Origin: an uncultured delta proteobacterium
GTDB lineage: Bacteria > Desulfobacterota > Desulfuromonadia > Geobacterales > DSM-12255
Length of the DNA: 64,000 bases
Direction: 5' to 3'
Assembly: GCA_963787125.1 (NCBI GenBank)
Contig: CAWBBV010000006.1
Coordinates: 32,001 to 96,000, forward strand
Numbering within the stretch: the first letter of the stretch is position 1; the number at the start of each line of letters is the position of its first letter. Of the stretch, positions 17,880 to 27,122 are shown in pieces. The position numbers and the translations under genes were made by a program. Under the pieces are notes generated by a model. The model saw only the letters and a list, made by a program, of their open reading frames with translations, was not told the DNA's origin and ran no database searches.

Positions 17880-18779
17880 TCAATATGCCTCGGGGATAAA
17901 CTTGAACGGGTAGTCGGGCGACTGATACTTTTTACCTATCTGCCGCTTTGGCAATTTCACTTTTTCCCGCGGCGCCTCCTTGTACGGGATCTTGCTGAGC
18001 AGGTGAGAGATGATATTGAGTCGCACTTTCTTCTTGTCCTCGGAGTTAGCCACATACCAGGGTGCCCAGGAGGTATCGGACGCCACAAACATTTCGTCGC
18101 GCGCCTTTGTATAGTCGTCCCAGTGAGTATAAGAGGCAACGTCCATGGGGGAAAGCTTCCAGATCTTGCGACCGTCGTCGATACGGCCTGACAAGCGTCT
18201 CGTCTGTTCCTCAGGACTTACTTCGAGCCAGTATTTGAGGAGAATGATGCCGGATTCGACCACCAGTTTCTCGAAATGAGGCACGAGTTCCAGAAAGCGT
18301 GTCGTCTCTTTCTCCGTGCAGAAACCCATAACCCGCTCCACCCCGGCCCGGTTGTACCAGCTGCGATCAAAGATGACCACCTCGCCGGCTGCCGGCAGGT
18401 AGGGCATGTAGCGTTGGGAATACATCTGTGTTTTTTCCCGCTCGTTAGGTGCCTGCAGGGCGATTACCCGGAATGTCCGCGGGCTGACCCGCTCGGTGAT
18501 CGCCTTGATGGTCCCCCCCTTGCCGGCGCCGTCACGCCCCTCGAAAACAACACAGACCTTAAGCCCTTTGAGTTTGACCCACTCCTGCAGCTTGACCAGC
18601 TCCACATGCAGTTTGGCCATCTCCTTCTCGTAGGACTTTTTCTTGGACTTTTTACTCGGCTTCTCTCCTGTTGCGTCAACAGCGGTCGCAGCGACACTGT
18701 CGATATTCAATTCCTTAACGGACACTTCAGCCGGTTTCTTTGCTTTTTTCTTTTTTTTATCTTTCTTCTCTGCACTCAT
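17880..18779 (-). CDS. ppk2: Polyphosphate kinase 2 (single domain, class I-like)
   Basis: FEGRDGAGKGG, FDRSWYNRAGVERVMGF, WKLSPMD; AAGGAG RBS before ATG 18779. Confidence 0.96.
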   Translation of the reverse strand: MSAEKKDKKKKKAKKPAEVSVKELNIDSVAATAVDATGEKPSKKSKKKSYEKEMAKLHVELVKLQEWVKLKGLKVCVVFEGRDGAGKGGTIKAITERVSPRTFRVIALQAPNEREKTQMYSQRYMPYLPAAGEVVIFDRSWYNRAGVERVMGFCTEKETTRFLELVPHFEKLVVESGIILLKYWLEVSPEEQTRRLSGRIDDGRKIWKLSPMDVASYTHWDDYTKARDEMFVASDTSWAPWYVANSEDKKKVRLNIISHLLSKIPYKEAPREKVKLPKRQIGKKYQSPDYPFKFIPEAY

Positions 18780-18808
18780 GATCAAACTCCTTTTTTCGTT
18801 TTAGACAG

Positions 18809-20479
18809 CTATATGCCGTATTCTTTCTGATACTTCTCAACCGCCTGTTCAATAGTGAAGAACATCCGCTCCCGGCCCAACCGCTCCCAGAGTAATGAAT
18901 GCTGAACAACCGTCAGAACCAAAGGATTCATTGCCACCAGCCAGAGCATGGTCCCTTCCTCGCGCATTTCCTCCTCACCGTCAGTCAGCATCCTCAAAGC
19001 TGTGTATTCCAGGCTGGGCACCGCACTTAAATCAAGAACCAGCACTTTCGGCGCTGACTCGCGCATCAGTGCCCGTATCTTCTGACCAAGACGCGGTGCG
19101 TTGCCAAAGTATACCGCACCTTCAGGCCGAAGCAACAGCATGCCGGGGAATGTTTCGTCTTCCGGGTGTTCCGGCGAGAGAGGCCGGAACACATTGGTGC
19201 CGGGCTTGCGCCCGAGGACCAGAATGGGGTAGAGGTTGGCACGGATGATGAGCGCCAAGAGCGATATCAGCACCGCCACCAGAATTCCCTGCAAAGTGCC
19301 GAGCAGCAGCACGCCTGCCACGGCAGTGAGAGCCCAGCGAAACTCTATGGAGCGGATTTTCAGAATGGCACGAAACTCTGCCGGGCTGATCAAACCGACA
19401 CTGGCGATAACAACAACGGCAGCCAGAGTTGGATGCGGCATAAGGCCGAAAAGCGGGGCAAGGAAAAGGAGTGTGGCCACGACAACCGCAGCATTCACCA
19501 GCCCTGCCACCTGGCTGCGCGCGCCGGCGCTGTTGTTGACTGCCGTCTGCGATGTCCCGCCGCCAGCCGGCATGATATGGAAGAGACTGCCGACAAGGTT
19601 TGCCATACCGGTTGCCACCAGTTCACGATTCGCGTCAGGAACCGTGTCGCCGCGCCTGATGAACGCCCGGCCCGCAGCTGCTGTTTCGACGAAACTCATC
19701 AGGGCAATACCCAGGGCTGCCGGCCAGAGCTGCTCCACCAGGGAAAGATCGGGAAGAGCAAAGGAGGGCAAGCCGGCTGCGACCTTCCCCACCAGGGCAA
19801 TACCGAACCTGTCAAGCCCGACCAGGGCTGAAACGGCAATACCGGCAGCCACAGTAACCAGCGGTGCCGGCACCTTCGGTGCAAAATGCTCCAGGCCGAG
19901 CATCAGTGCCAGCATTGCCAGAGCCAGCAACAGGGTCGGCAGTGACGTTTCCGGCAGATGCTGCCCGATTGAGAAAATATCCCGGAAGAAACCGGCCTTA
20001 GTGATATGTATCCCCAGGAGTTTGGGTAACTGATCCAGAACGATGATCACACCGATGCCCGCCTTGAACCCGGTGAGCACCGGATCGGAGATCAGATTGG
20101 CAACCACGCCGAGGCGAAACAGGCCGGACAGCAGCAGAAATGCCCCGGTGAGGAGCGACAGCGTGGCAGCCGCCGCAATCAGTGCGGCGGGGTCACCGCC
20201 CGCCGCAACCTGGCCAATGGCACCTGCCGAAAGTATGGCAATTGTCGAAGTGGAGGTGACACTAAGAGGCCGCGATGTCCCCATAATGGCGTACACCACC
20301 AGGGGGATAAGGGACGTGTAGAGACCGACTACCAAGGGGAGACCGGCAATAGCGGCGTAAGCCATTGCCTTGGGGATAACCACCGCCGAAGCTGTTAATC
20401 CTGCGACAAGGTCATAACGGAGCCATTCCTTCTGATAGGACGGCAACCAATTGAGTATGGGAAATATTTTTTTGAACAT
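18809..20479 (-). CDS. SulP/SLC26 anion transporter with STAS domain
   Basis: DLVAGLT...IPKAMAYA...GLY, NRELVATG, C-terminal VYFGNA...VLDLS. Confidence 0.95.
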   Translation of the reverse strand: MFKKIFPILNWLPSYQKEWLRYDLVAGLTASAVVIPKAMAYAAIAGLPLVVGLYTSLIPLVVYAIMGTSRPLSVTSTSTIAILSAGAIGQVAAGGDPAALIAAAATLSLLTGAFLLLSGLFRLGVVANLISDPVLTGFKAGIGVIIVLDQLPKLLGIHITKAGFFRDIFSIGQHLPETSLPTLLLALAMLALMLGLEHFAPKVPAPLVTVAAGIAVSALVGLDRFGIALVGKVAAGLPSFALPDLSLVEQLWPAALGIALMSFVETAAAGRAFIRRGDTVPDANRELVATGMANLVGSLFHIMPAGGGTSQTAVNNSAGARSQVAGLVNAAVVVATLLFLAPLFGLMPHPTLAAVVVIASVGLISPAEFRAILKIRSIEFRWALTAVAGVLLLGTLQGILVAVLISLLALIIRANLYPILVLGRKPGTNVFRPLSPEHPEDETFPGMLLLRPEGAVYFGNAPRLGQKIRALMRESAPKVLVLDLSAVPSLEYTALRMLTDGEEEMREEGTMLWLVAMNPLVLTVVQHSLLWERLGRERMFFTIEQAVEKYQKEYGI

Positions 20480-20619
20480 GGTCAGTAATACCTCCCTGAT
20501 CCGGCAACTGCTCCAACTACTGTCATGGCTTGAGCCGGATAATTTTTCACTGTGTCAGACCTGATGATTCATTTGACCTTGATAATGCCTTCTCGACAGA
20601 TCGCACGTGGCGGTGGTCC

Positions 20620-22023
20620 TCAACCAGTAACGAAAAGTACCCACGGTGTACCAATCAGCAGGAACACCGCCATGAAGGCAAGGGTGGTAATGAGCCCCAT
20701 TTTGTAGAGCTCACGCTGAGTGAGATAGCCGCTCGCCGCAAAGATGATGTTCTGGCTGCCACCCTGAGGTGTAATCACCGAGAAATAGCTGCTCGCGAAG
20801 AGCAGTCCGAAGGCCATCAGCGGCGCCGGCACCCCGCCGCGCACACCCACGTCAAGGAAGACGCCGAGCAGCGCCAGCACCTGCGAAGACTGACTGACAA
20901 ACATGTAGTGGATGGCAACATAGAGGGCAACCAGGGTGACATAGAGCGTCAGCCAGGACATACCGCCCAGATGCGAGGCGAGGCGCTCTCCTGCGTAACC
21001 CATAAAGCCGAGCTCGTTCAGTTGGCCGCTCAGGGCGAAAAGAACTGCCAGCCAGAGAAAGGTCGCCAGCGTGTCACCCTGCTTGGCAATGTCATCCATC
21101 GTCAGCACGCCAGCCAGCAGCAGCACACCAAAACCCAGGAAGGCAATGCTGGTCACGTTCAGTTTCAGGCTGTCCGCAAACACCCAACCGGCGACCATTA
21201 CCACGAACGTCACCGCCGTAATCCACTCGTCTCGAGACATCGGCCCCATGCCGGCGATTTCCGCGCGCGCCGCCAGCGGTGCCTCGGGTGTAGCGCCGAC
21301 ACCGGGCGGAAAGAGCCTGGCGACAAACAGGGGCAGAAGAGCGATGGCGATAAGCGCCGGAACGCTGGCGGTAAGAAACCAGGAGCCGAAACTGATCTGC
21401 AGCCCGGATTGCCGCGCGATCTGCACGCCAATGGGGTTAGCCGAGGTCGCCGTCATCCAGAGGGCAGAGGAGACCGCCAGGCTTGCCATGGTGCAGAACA
21501 TGAGATAGCCGCCAAGGCGTCGCCCCTCGGGGCTGTCGGGTTCGGAGCCCGCCCCCTTTGCCACTGACAGCACGATCGGGTAGAGCACACCACCGCGCGC
21601 CGTGTTGCTGGGAAAAGCCGGGGCAATGGCGGCATCGGTCAACACGATGCTGTAGGCAAGACCGATGGAAGAGCCACCGAAGTGGCTCACCATGAAAAGG
21701 CTGATGCGGCGGCCCAGCCCCGATTTCACCACCGCCTGGGCGACAATAAAGGCGATGATTACCAGCAGCACGCTCGAATTGGCAAAGCCGGAAAAGGCCT
21801 GCGCCGGGGTGATCGTTCCGGACAGGACAACTGTTCCCGCGGCGATCATAGCTGCCGTAAGGAGCGGGAAAGCGCCCAGCAGTACGGAAGCGATGGCGGC
21901 GACGAAGACCGCGAACAGGTGCCACGCAGGCGCCGTAAGGCCTGCCGGCACGGGGCTGAACCAGATGGCAAGAGCAATCGCAAAGGGCGCCGTACGTTTC
22001 AGGAGCAGACCAGGTATGATCAT
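20620..22023 (-). CDS. DASS family dicarboxylate/anion transporter (CitT/TtdT-like)
   Basis: PVPAGL...W, FSGF, KSGLGRRI, PSNTARGG. Confidence 0.92.
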   Translation of the reverse strand: MIIPGLLLKRTAPFAIALAIWFSPVPAGLTAPAWHLFAVFVAAIASVLLGAFPLLTAAMIAAGTVVLSGTITPAQAFSGFANSSVLLVIIAFIVAQAVVKSGLGRRISLFMVSHFGGSSIGLAYSIVLTDAAIAPAFPSNTARGGVLYPIVLSVAKGAGSEPDSPEGRRLGGYLMFCTMASLAVSSALWMTATSANPIGVQIARQSGLQISFGSWFLTASVPALIAIALLPLFVARLFPPGVGATPEAPLAARAEIAGMGPMSRDEWITAVTFVVMVAGWVFADSLKLNVTSIAFLGFGVLLLAGVLTMDDIAKQGDTLATFLWLAVLFALSGQLNELGFMGYAGERLASHLGGMSWLTLYVTLVALYVAIHYMFVSQSSQVLALLGVFLDVGVRGGVPAPLMAFGLLFASSYFSVITPQGGSQNIIFAASGYLTQRELYKMGLITTLAFMAVFLLIGTPWVLFVTG

Positions 22024-22616
22024 GGCCGCGCACCTCCTGCAGTAGGTTGACCGGGCCGAACGCGACCCTTGAGGCCAACAGCGCGACCCTGAACAGAGCC
22101 GTCCTCCGCCTCGATCATGAACTGCCAGGAGAATTCATAGGCACCGGTCACGCCGGCATAGCGGCCGGTGCCGCCCAGTATGGTCCCGGTGATGTGGTTT
22201 TTCGCCGCGGTGCCTTCCCCCTTGAGCTCGCTGAATACCTGGTCGCCCCGCTCGTCTGTCCAGACGCTACGGCCCTGAAGTCCAGTAGCGCTATCATTGA
22301 GCGCAATCACTTCCGAGCGGAAACCAACGCCGGGGCGTCCGGTGCCCGCAAGCAGCATCGACCCCTTCAAATCTATAATTGAACCGCGGCGATCTGCACC
22401 CAGGGGAATGGTGTGGCGGCTGCCGGCGGCGTTCCAGGAGCCTTCGAATTCCCGCCAACCACTGCTGTCCGCCTGGGGCTTCGCCGGTTCTGCAACCGGA
22501 CTGCATGCGGCCATGGCAAGCGCCAGGGCAACCAGCACCAATCGCCACCAAACGCTCCAAATCGAAGAGCGCTTCGTAATGCGTTCAGGCCGCTGCAATC
22601 GTATGAAAAAGTCCAC
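22020..22616 (-). CDS. Hypothetical lipoprotein, beta-rich (paralog of 31110..31619)
   Basis: GGAGG RBS, lipobox MAAC, FEGSWNAAG...GTILGGTGRYAGVTG. Confidence 0.75.
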   Translation of the reverse strand: MDFFIRLQRPERITKRSSIWSVWWRLVLVALALAMAACSPVAEPAKPQADSSGWREFEGSWNAAGSRHTIPLGADRRGSIIDLKGSMLLAGTGRPGVGFRSEVIALNDSATGLQGRSVWTDERGDQVFSELKGEGTAAKNHITGTILGGTGRYAGVTGAYEFSWQFMIEAEDGSVQGRAVGLKGRVRPGQPTAGGARP

Positions 22617-22649
22617 GCTTCCTCCATATAAATAATTAGAAGTGGCAAA

Positions 22650-22697
22650 GACATCACATCTCCCCCAGTTGCAATAAAAACGGGGAGATGCGATGTC
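22650..22697 (-). terminator. Long hairpin, probable terminator or processing stem
   Basis: GACATCACATCTCCCC...GGGGAGATGCGATGTC downstream of the VWA-OmpA gene; only a short T run. Confidence 0.55.
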
Positions 22698-22732
22698 AAC
22701 GTGGCAGCCTGACCTCTATGCTTCTTACCTGC

Positions 22733-23983
22733 TTATTTTTCCAAACCAAACACTTCGATCTCTACCCGGCGATTTTGGGCCCGGCCTTCCTGCGTTCTGT
22801 TATCAAATATTGGCCTGCTCAGGCCTTCGCCAACAACTTCCATTTTCACTGTGACACCAATGCTTTTCAGGTAAGCGCTCACGGCCTCGGCACGCTTCTG
22901 TGACAGCTTCATATTGTAATCGGCTTTTCCGATATTATCGGTGTGACCGGTAATTCTGATCTTGTCGGCACGACTAAGACCCGACTTTGCATCTTCGCGA
23001 TATGCCTTGATTTGCTCTTTTCCTGAAGGCTTCAGATCAGCCTTGTCAAAATCAAACAGCGCTACCTCCGGAAATATCATGACAACTGGTTGCGGAACAT
23101 GTGGGGGAATGAATACGTAGTTGAGGATATAAGAGTAGTCAAGGGTTGTTGCGACATTTTCCCAAATCGGAGTCAGCTCAACTTTTGATTTGGTCTTCCA
23201 GACCTTACCGCGGTTTTCGGTTGCAAATGCTGTCAGGAATTTGTCCGTATCAGGACCTTTCATATAGTCGATGGTGTAGGCGTTGAACTTGCCTACCTTC
23301 TTTGCCGCATTGACGACGTCTTCGCTCTTGACTTTGCTGTTCAGATCTTCGCCATCGGAAAAAACTATCATGATGCGAGGGTTTGTAGCCGGCGACTTGC
23401 CAACGATATCAAGTCCGGCCAGCATCGCCTCATAGAGCGTAGTTTTAGCTGTAATGCCTTGATTGCTGTAGGCTTTCTTGGCGAACGCCCGCAGTTTGCT
23501 GGTATCGCTGGATTTGAACGTCTGTACCCGGAGATCGCGGCCACCCACCTTGGTGGTGAGTTTTTTGTCGAAGACCACCATAGACACCGTATCAATCGGA
23601 CGGACAACCTTCAAAACCTTGTCGACGCCGGCCAGGAGTGCTTTGACAGAGTCGCTTTCTTCCATTGAGAAAGAGTTGTCCAGCACCATGACGATGTTGA
23701 CCGGCACATCCTTGGTCTCAGCAACCGACATCACCGAGACGACTTTACCCTTCAGATCTCCCTTGCTCACGGTGAAATCATCGGCCCCCAGGCCGAGCAG
23801 TGGCTGCTTTGCCGCGTCATCAACACTCACCAGAGCCCTGCCTTCTTTAATGATCCGGTCTACGGTGACCGTTACGCCGGCCTTGGTAGTACCGATCGTC
23901 ACATCGCTACCGGTTGCAGCGAAGACAGTTCCACCCATTACAAGGGCACACATCAAAATGCTCAGACGAATAACACTCTTCAT
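22733..23983 (-). CDS. Secreted VWA-domain + OmpA-like peptidoglycan-binding protein
   Basis: Signal peptide; MIDAS LDNSFS and FSDGED; FDFDKADL, GHTDNIG, LSQKRA, NRRVEI. Confidence 0.9.
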   Translation of the reverse strand: MKSVIRLSILMCALVMGGTVFAATGSDVTIGTTKAGVTVTVDRIIKEGRALVSVDDAAKQPLLGLGADDFTVSKGDLKGKVVSVMSVAETKDVPVNIVMVLDNSFSMEESDSVKALLAGVDKVLKVVRPIDTVSMVVFDKKLTTKVGGRDLRVQTFKSSDTSKLRAFAKKAYSNQGITAKTTLYEAMLAGLDIVGKSPATNPRIMIVFSDGEDLNSKVKSEDVVNAAKKVGKFNAYTIDYMKGPDTDKFLTAFATENRGKVWKTKSKVELTPIWENVATTLDYSYILNYVFIPPHVPQPVVMIFPEVALFDFDKADLKPSGKEQIKAYREDAKSGLSRADKIRITGHTDNIGKADYNMKLSQKRAEAVSAYLKSIGVTVKMEVVGEGLSRPIFDNRTQEGRAQNRRVEIEVFGLEK

Positions 23984-24071
23984 AATCAATTCCTCCTGGT
24001 TTTTTTACCGAGCAATGCAGCTCAGTTTACTACTCTTCAAACTTTCAGCTCTCCCCTCTTTCCGCGCATGG

Positions 24072-24632
24072 TCACGGCTTGAGCTTGGTAATCTTGGAAC
24101 CCTGGATACCGAGACCGGCCATCAGACCCTTTTGGCTAAAGATGAAGGCATAGACGTCGTCCTTGGCAGTAGTGGTTGTCAACGACTTGGCAGCACCTTC
24201 GTCCACAACGACTATAGTCGGTCCGACCCCCACTTCCCAGCCGTCGCTCTTATCCATATAGGCACGCGCAGAGTCTGTCATCAGGAACATGGCATAGCCG
24301 AACTCCTGCACACCGACCTGGAGACCGTAGGATGCTGCCGCGATGTTGTAATAAGCCACGGCTTTGCCGTCCACCAACAGAGCGCCATTGCCGCCCTGAC
24401 CGCCGATAATCAAGCCGGCCTTCAGAATGCTGGGGAAGACCAGGACTGCTTTTGCTTTTTCTCCGAGGGTCTTGGCTGCTGTAGTCGTATCATACAGTTT
24501 TGCGAGAGCTGCTTGCGAATCACGCTCGATTGCCGCCGTGTCAGCCGCCAGAGCGGGACGCGGAGCGGTCAGAAACAGTGTGATGACCAGAGCGAGAAGC
24601 AGTGTCGAAATGGTTCTGAACCGTTTAATCAT
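24072..24632 (-). CDS. Ysc84/SYLF lipid-binding domain protein, secreted
   Basis: AKAVLVFP.ILKAGLIIGGQGG.G, SYGLQVG, GLMAG..IQGSKI. Confidence 0.9.
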   Translation of the reverse strand: MIKRFRTISTLLLALVITLFLTAPRPALAADTAAIERDSQAALAKLYDTTTAAKTLGEKAKAVLVFPSILKAGLIIGGQGGNGALLVDGKAVAYYNIAAASYGLQVGVQEFGYAMFLMTDSARAYMDKSDGWEVGVGPTIVVVDEGAAKSLTTTTAKDDVYAFIFSQKGLMAGLGIQGSKITKLKP

Positions 24633-24763
24633 CTGTTGATTCCTCCTTTCGTACGGTGGGATGCGGGTAAATGCCGTTGCTTGACAAATCTTGCAATCCT
24701 TCTGGGGTGGCCCTTATCACTACGGATATCTCCCCGAAATCCGCACAGAAGAAGACATCTGGT

Positions 24764-25615
24764 TTATTTTTTCGTCACCTTTGTATGGTCACCATGACAC
24801 AGTTTACATTCCATATGCCCCTGCTGCTGATTCATGCCCTCTTTCGAGTGCGACATATCAGCCGGGCCATGGCAGCTCACGCAATACGCAGCCTCTTTGG
24901 AAGGTTCCCATAGCGGCGGTGTCCACTTGCCGTCGAAGTATTCATTGAGAGCTTTGACCGTGATGTAGACTACTTCACCGGATACCTTGGCGCAGCGTTC
25001 CTTCTTCTCTTTCGAGGTTACCTCAGCACCTGCTGCCAGTGTCCAACTCGAAACCGAGGTGTGACAAAGCGGCGACTTAGCCGTGACCTTGATCTGATTC
25101 GGAACTTTTGAATTATCGTCAAACATGGTACTCGGGAAATCCTGCTTGGCATACCAGTAGTAGAGCCGGTCGATCAACTGGGTGTACATCGGGTCCTTGG
25201 CATCCTTGTAGGCCACCAGGTTGATGATCAAAGAGGTTCCGCCGAGGGCGCCGCAGAGCGTGCCGTGACCGGCGTAACCGGCCGCGCCGTGCATCATCAT
25301 CCGGTCGGGCAGCGTGGTCCAGGGATAACCGACCTTCTCGCGCAGCATGCTGAGCAGGGCAAAATAGGTCGTGTGACCACAGCCGCCATCAAAGTAATTG
25401 CGATAGGCTCTCTGGCCAGCTTCCAGGGGATCAAGCTTGACCCATTTCCAGGGAAGTGGCGGCGCCGCGGGAGCTGGATCAGCGGTTTTGGCCTGACCCG
25501 AGGCAGCATAGGTGAGCACGGCGCCACCTACGGCACCGCCGACCAAAAGAGAAGTTGATTTAGTCAGAAATCCCCGGCGTGAACAGCTGTTTTCTTCAGA
25601 ATCATTAGAATGCAT
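24764..25615 (-). CDS. Split-Soret cytochrome c-like protein (C-GCAxxG-C-C family) with two CxxCH motifs
   Basis: Tat signal SRRGFL; GGCG, GTLCGALGG, SPLCHTSV, ERCA; CVSCH and CKLCH. Confidence 0.8.
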   Translation of the reverse strand: MHSNDSEENSCSRRGFLTKSTSLLVGGAVGGAVLTYAASGQAKTADPAPAAPPLPWKWVKLDPLEAGQRAYRNYFDGGCGHTTYFALLSMLREKVGYPWTTLPDRMMMHGAAGYAGHGTLCGALGGTSLIINLVAYKDAKDPMYTQLIDRLYYWYAKQDFPSTMFDDNSKVPNQIKVTAKSPLCHTSVSSWTLAAGAEVTSKEKKERCAKVSGEVVYITVKALNEYFDGKWTPPLWEPSKEAAYCVSCHGPADMSHSKEGMNQQQGHMECKLCHGDHTKVTKK

Positions 25616-25657
25616 ATTTCACTCCTGTAATGGTTGATTGAATTATGGCAACGTAGA

Positions 25658-26944
25658 CTACATGGCTCTCGGCTGCCCGGTGGAGGCGAGCACACTGCTC
25701 CAGAGCCAACCATCGGGAGCGATTTTCTTTCTGATGCTGGTCGCCAGGGAAATAGGCACATGGGTAAACTGATGGTTCCAGAAACCGACTACCATATCGG
25801 TTCTTCCCGTCATCCCCGCATGCACTGCATTGTGCCCCAGCAACAGACAGAGACCGGAGTCATGAGGATTGGCCGGCTGACTGCGAATTATGTAGCTGGG
25901 GTCGATGTATTTGAGATTGCACTCTGTCCCGCTACTGGTAAAACGCCCCTTGATGACATCACGCAGGTATGTGCCGATATCGCCGAGCTTGGCATTTCCC
26001 GAAGCATCGCGCTCCGCCGAGGCTGCCAGCAACTCCTGCCCCGCACCCTCAGCCACCACGATCACTGCATGACCGCGTTGCTGGAGCCGCTCACCCAAAG
26101 AGCGCAGCAGGCCGTCAAGAGTGAAGGGAGACTCAGGAATCAGACAGAAATTAACCTGGCTGTCAATCAGGGATGCAAAGGCGGCGATGAAGCCGGAGTC
26201 GCGCCCCATAAGCTTTACCAGACCGATGCCGTTGCGCGCGCCGGTGGCCTCGGTGTGCGCTGCGTAGATGGCGCGATGGGCTTCGGCCACGGCAGTCTCG
26301 AAACCGAAAGTTTTCTGGACATAAGAGATGTCGTTATCAATGGTCTTGGGGATGCCGATGACGCTGAGCTGGTAGCCCTGCCGGCGTGCCTCAGCCGCAA
26401 TGGCAGCAGCTCCCTTGAGGGTGCCGTCGCCGCCGATGGCAAAGAGAATGCCGATGCCCAGTTCTTTCAAGTAGTCCACCATCTCGGCAGGATCCTGCGG
26501 TCCCCGGGAGGAGGCGAGAATCGTCCCCCCCAGTTCGCTGATCTGGCTCACTGAAGCCGGAGTCAGTTCAAGGGGAGCAAAGCCGAGTCGCTTCACCAGC
26601 CCTTCATAGCCGTAGCGGAAACCGTAGATTTTACCTACACCGTAGTGATGGTTGAGGCTCAGCACCACGGCGCGGATCACGTCGTTAATTCCTGGGCAAA
26701 GGCCTCCGCAGGTAACAATGCCGCAGGCAATAGTCGTCGGGTCAAAGAATATCCTGTCCCGCGGGCCGGCCAACTCCAGTGACGGCGGCTCCTCTCCAGC
26801 GGCCAGATACGGCTTGATCTCCTCAAAGCGCGAGTGATACATAATCCGTTCCCCGGCAGCGATAAAGCGTCCTTCAAGCATCGGTGAAGGGAAGCGACAC
26901 TCGCCAAGGTTCTCAATATTGAAATCGATCTTCTGTGTGGTCAT
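25658..26944 (-). CDS. pfkA: 6-phosphofructokinase, probably ATP-dependent (clade X type)
   Basis: TCGGLCPG, GGDGT, PKTIDND, KLMGRDSG, KYIDPSY. Confidence 0.92.
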   Translation of the reverse strand: MTTQKIDFNIENLGECRFPSPMLEGRFIAAGERIMYHSRFEEIKPYLAAGEEPPSLELAGPRDRIFFDPTTIACGIVTCGGLCPGINDVIRAVVLSLNHHYGVGKIYGFRYGYEGLVKRLGFAPLELTPASVSQISELGGTILASSRGPQDPAEMVDYLKELGIGILFAIGGDGTLKGAAAIAAEARRQGYQLSVIGIPKTIDNDISYVQKTFGFETAVAEAHRAIYAAHTEATGARNGIGLVKLMGRDSGFIAAFASLIDSQVNFCLIPESPFTLDGLLRSLGERLQQRGHAVIVVAEGAGQELLAASAERDASGNAKLGDIGTYLRDVIKGRFTSSGTECNLKYIDPSYIIRSQPANPHDSGLCLLLGHNAVHAGMTGRTDMVVGFWNHQFTHVPISLATSIRKKIAPDGWLWSSVLASTGQPRAM

Positions 26945-27122
26945 GGCAGTGAACCTACCCTATATAACTCTGTCTACTCTCTTGTAAGTTGCTTCAACAC
27001 GTAAACAAGACTCACAAGGTAGTCACTTAAAAAATGTGTTTTTACCGGTGAATGGAGGCGGCACTCTCAAGGCTCCTGAAATCCAGTTCTAACCCCGTCA
27101 TACCGCCTCCCGCAATCTACCT

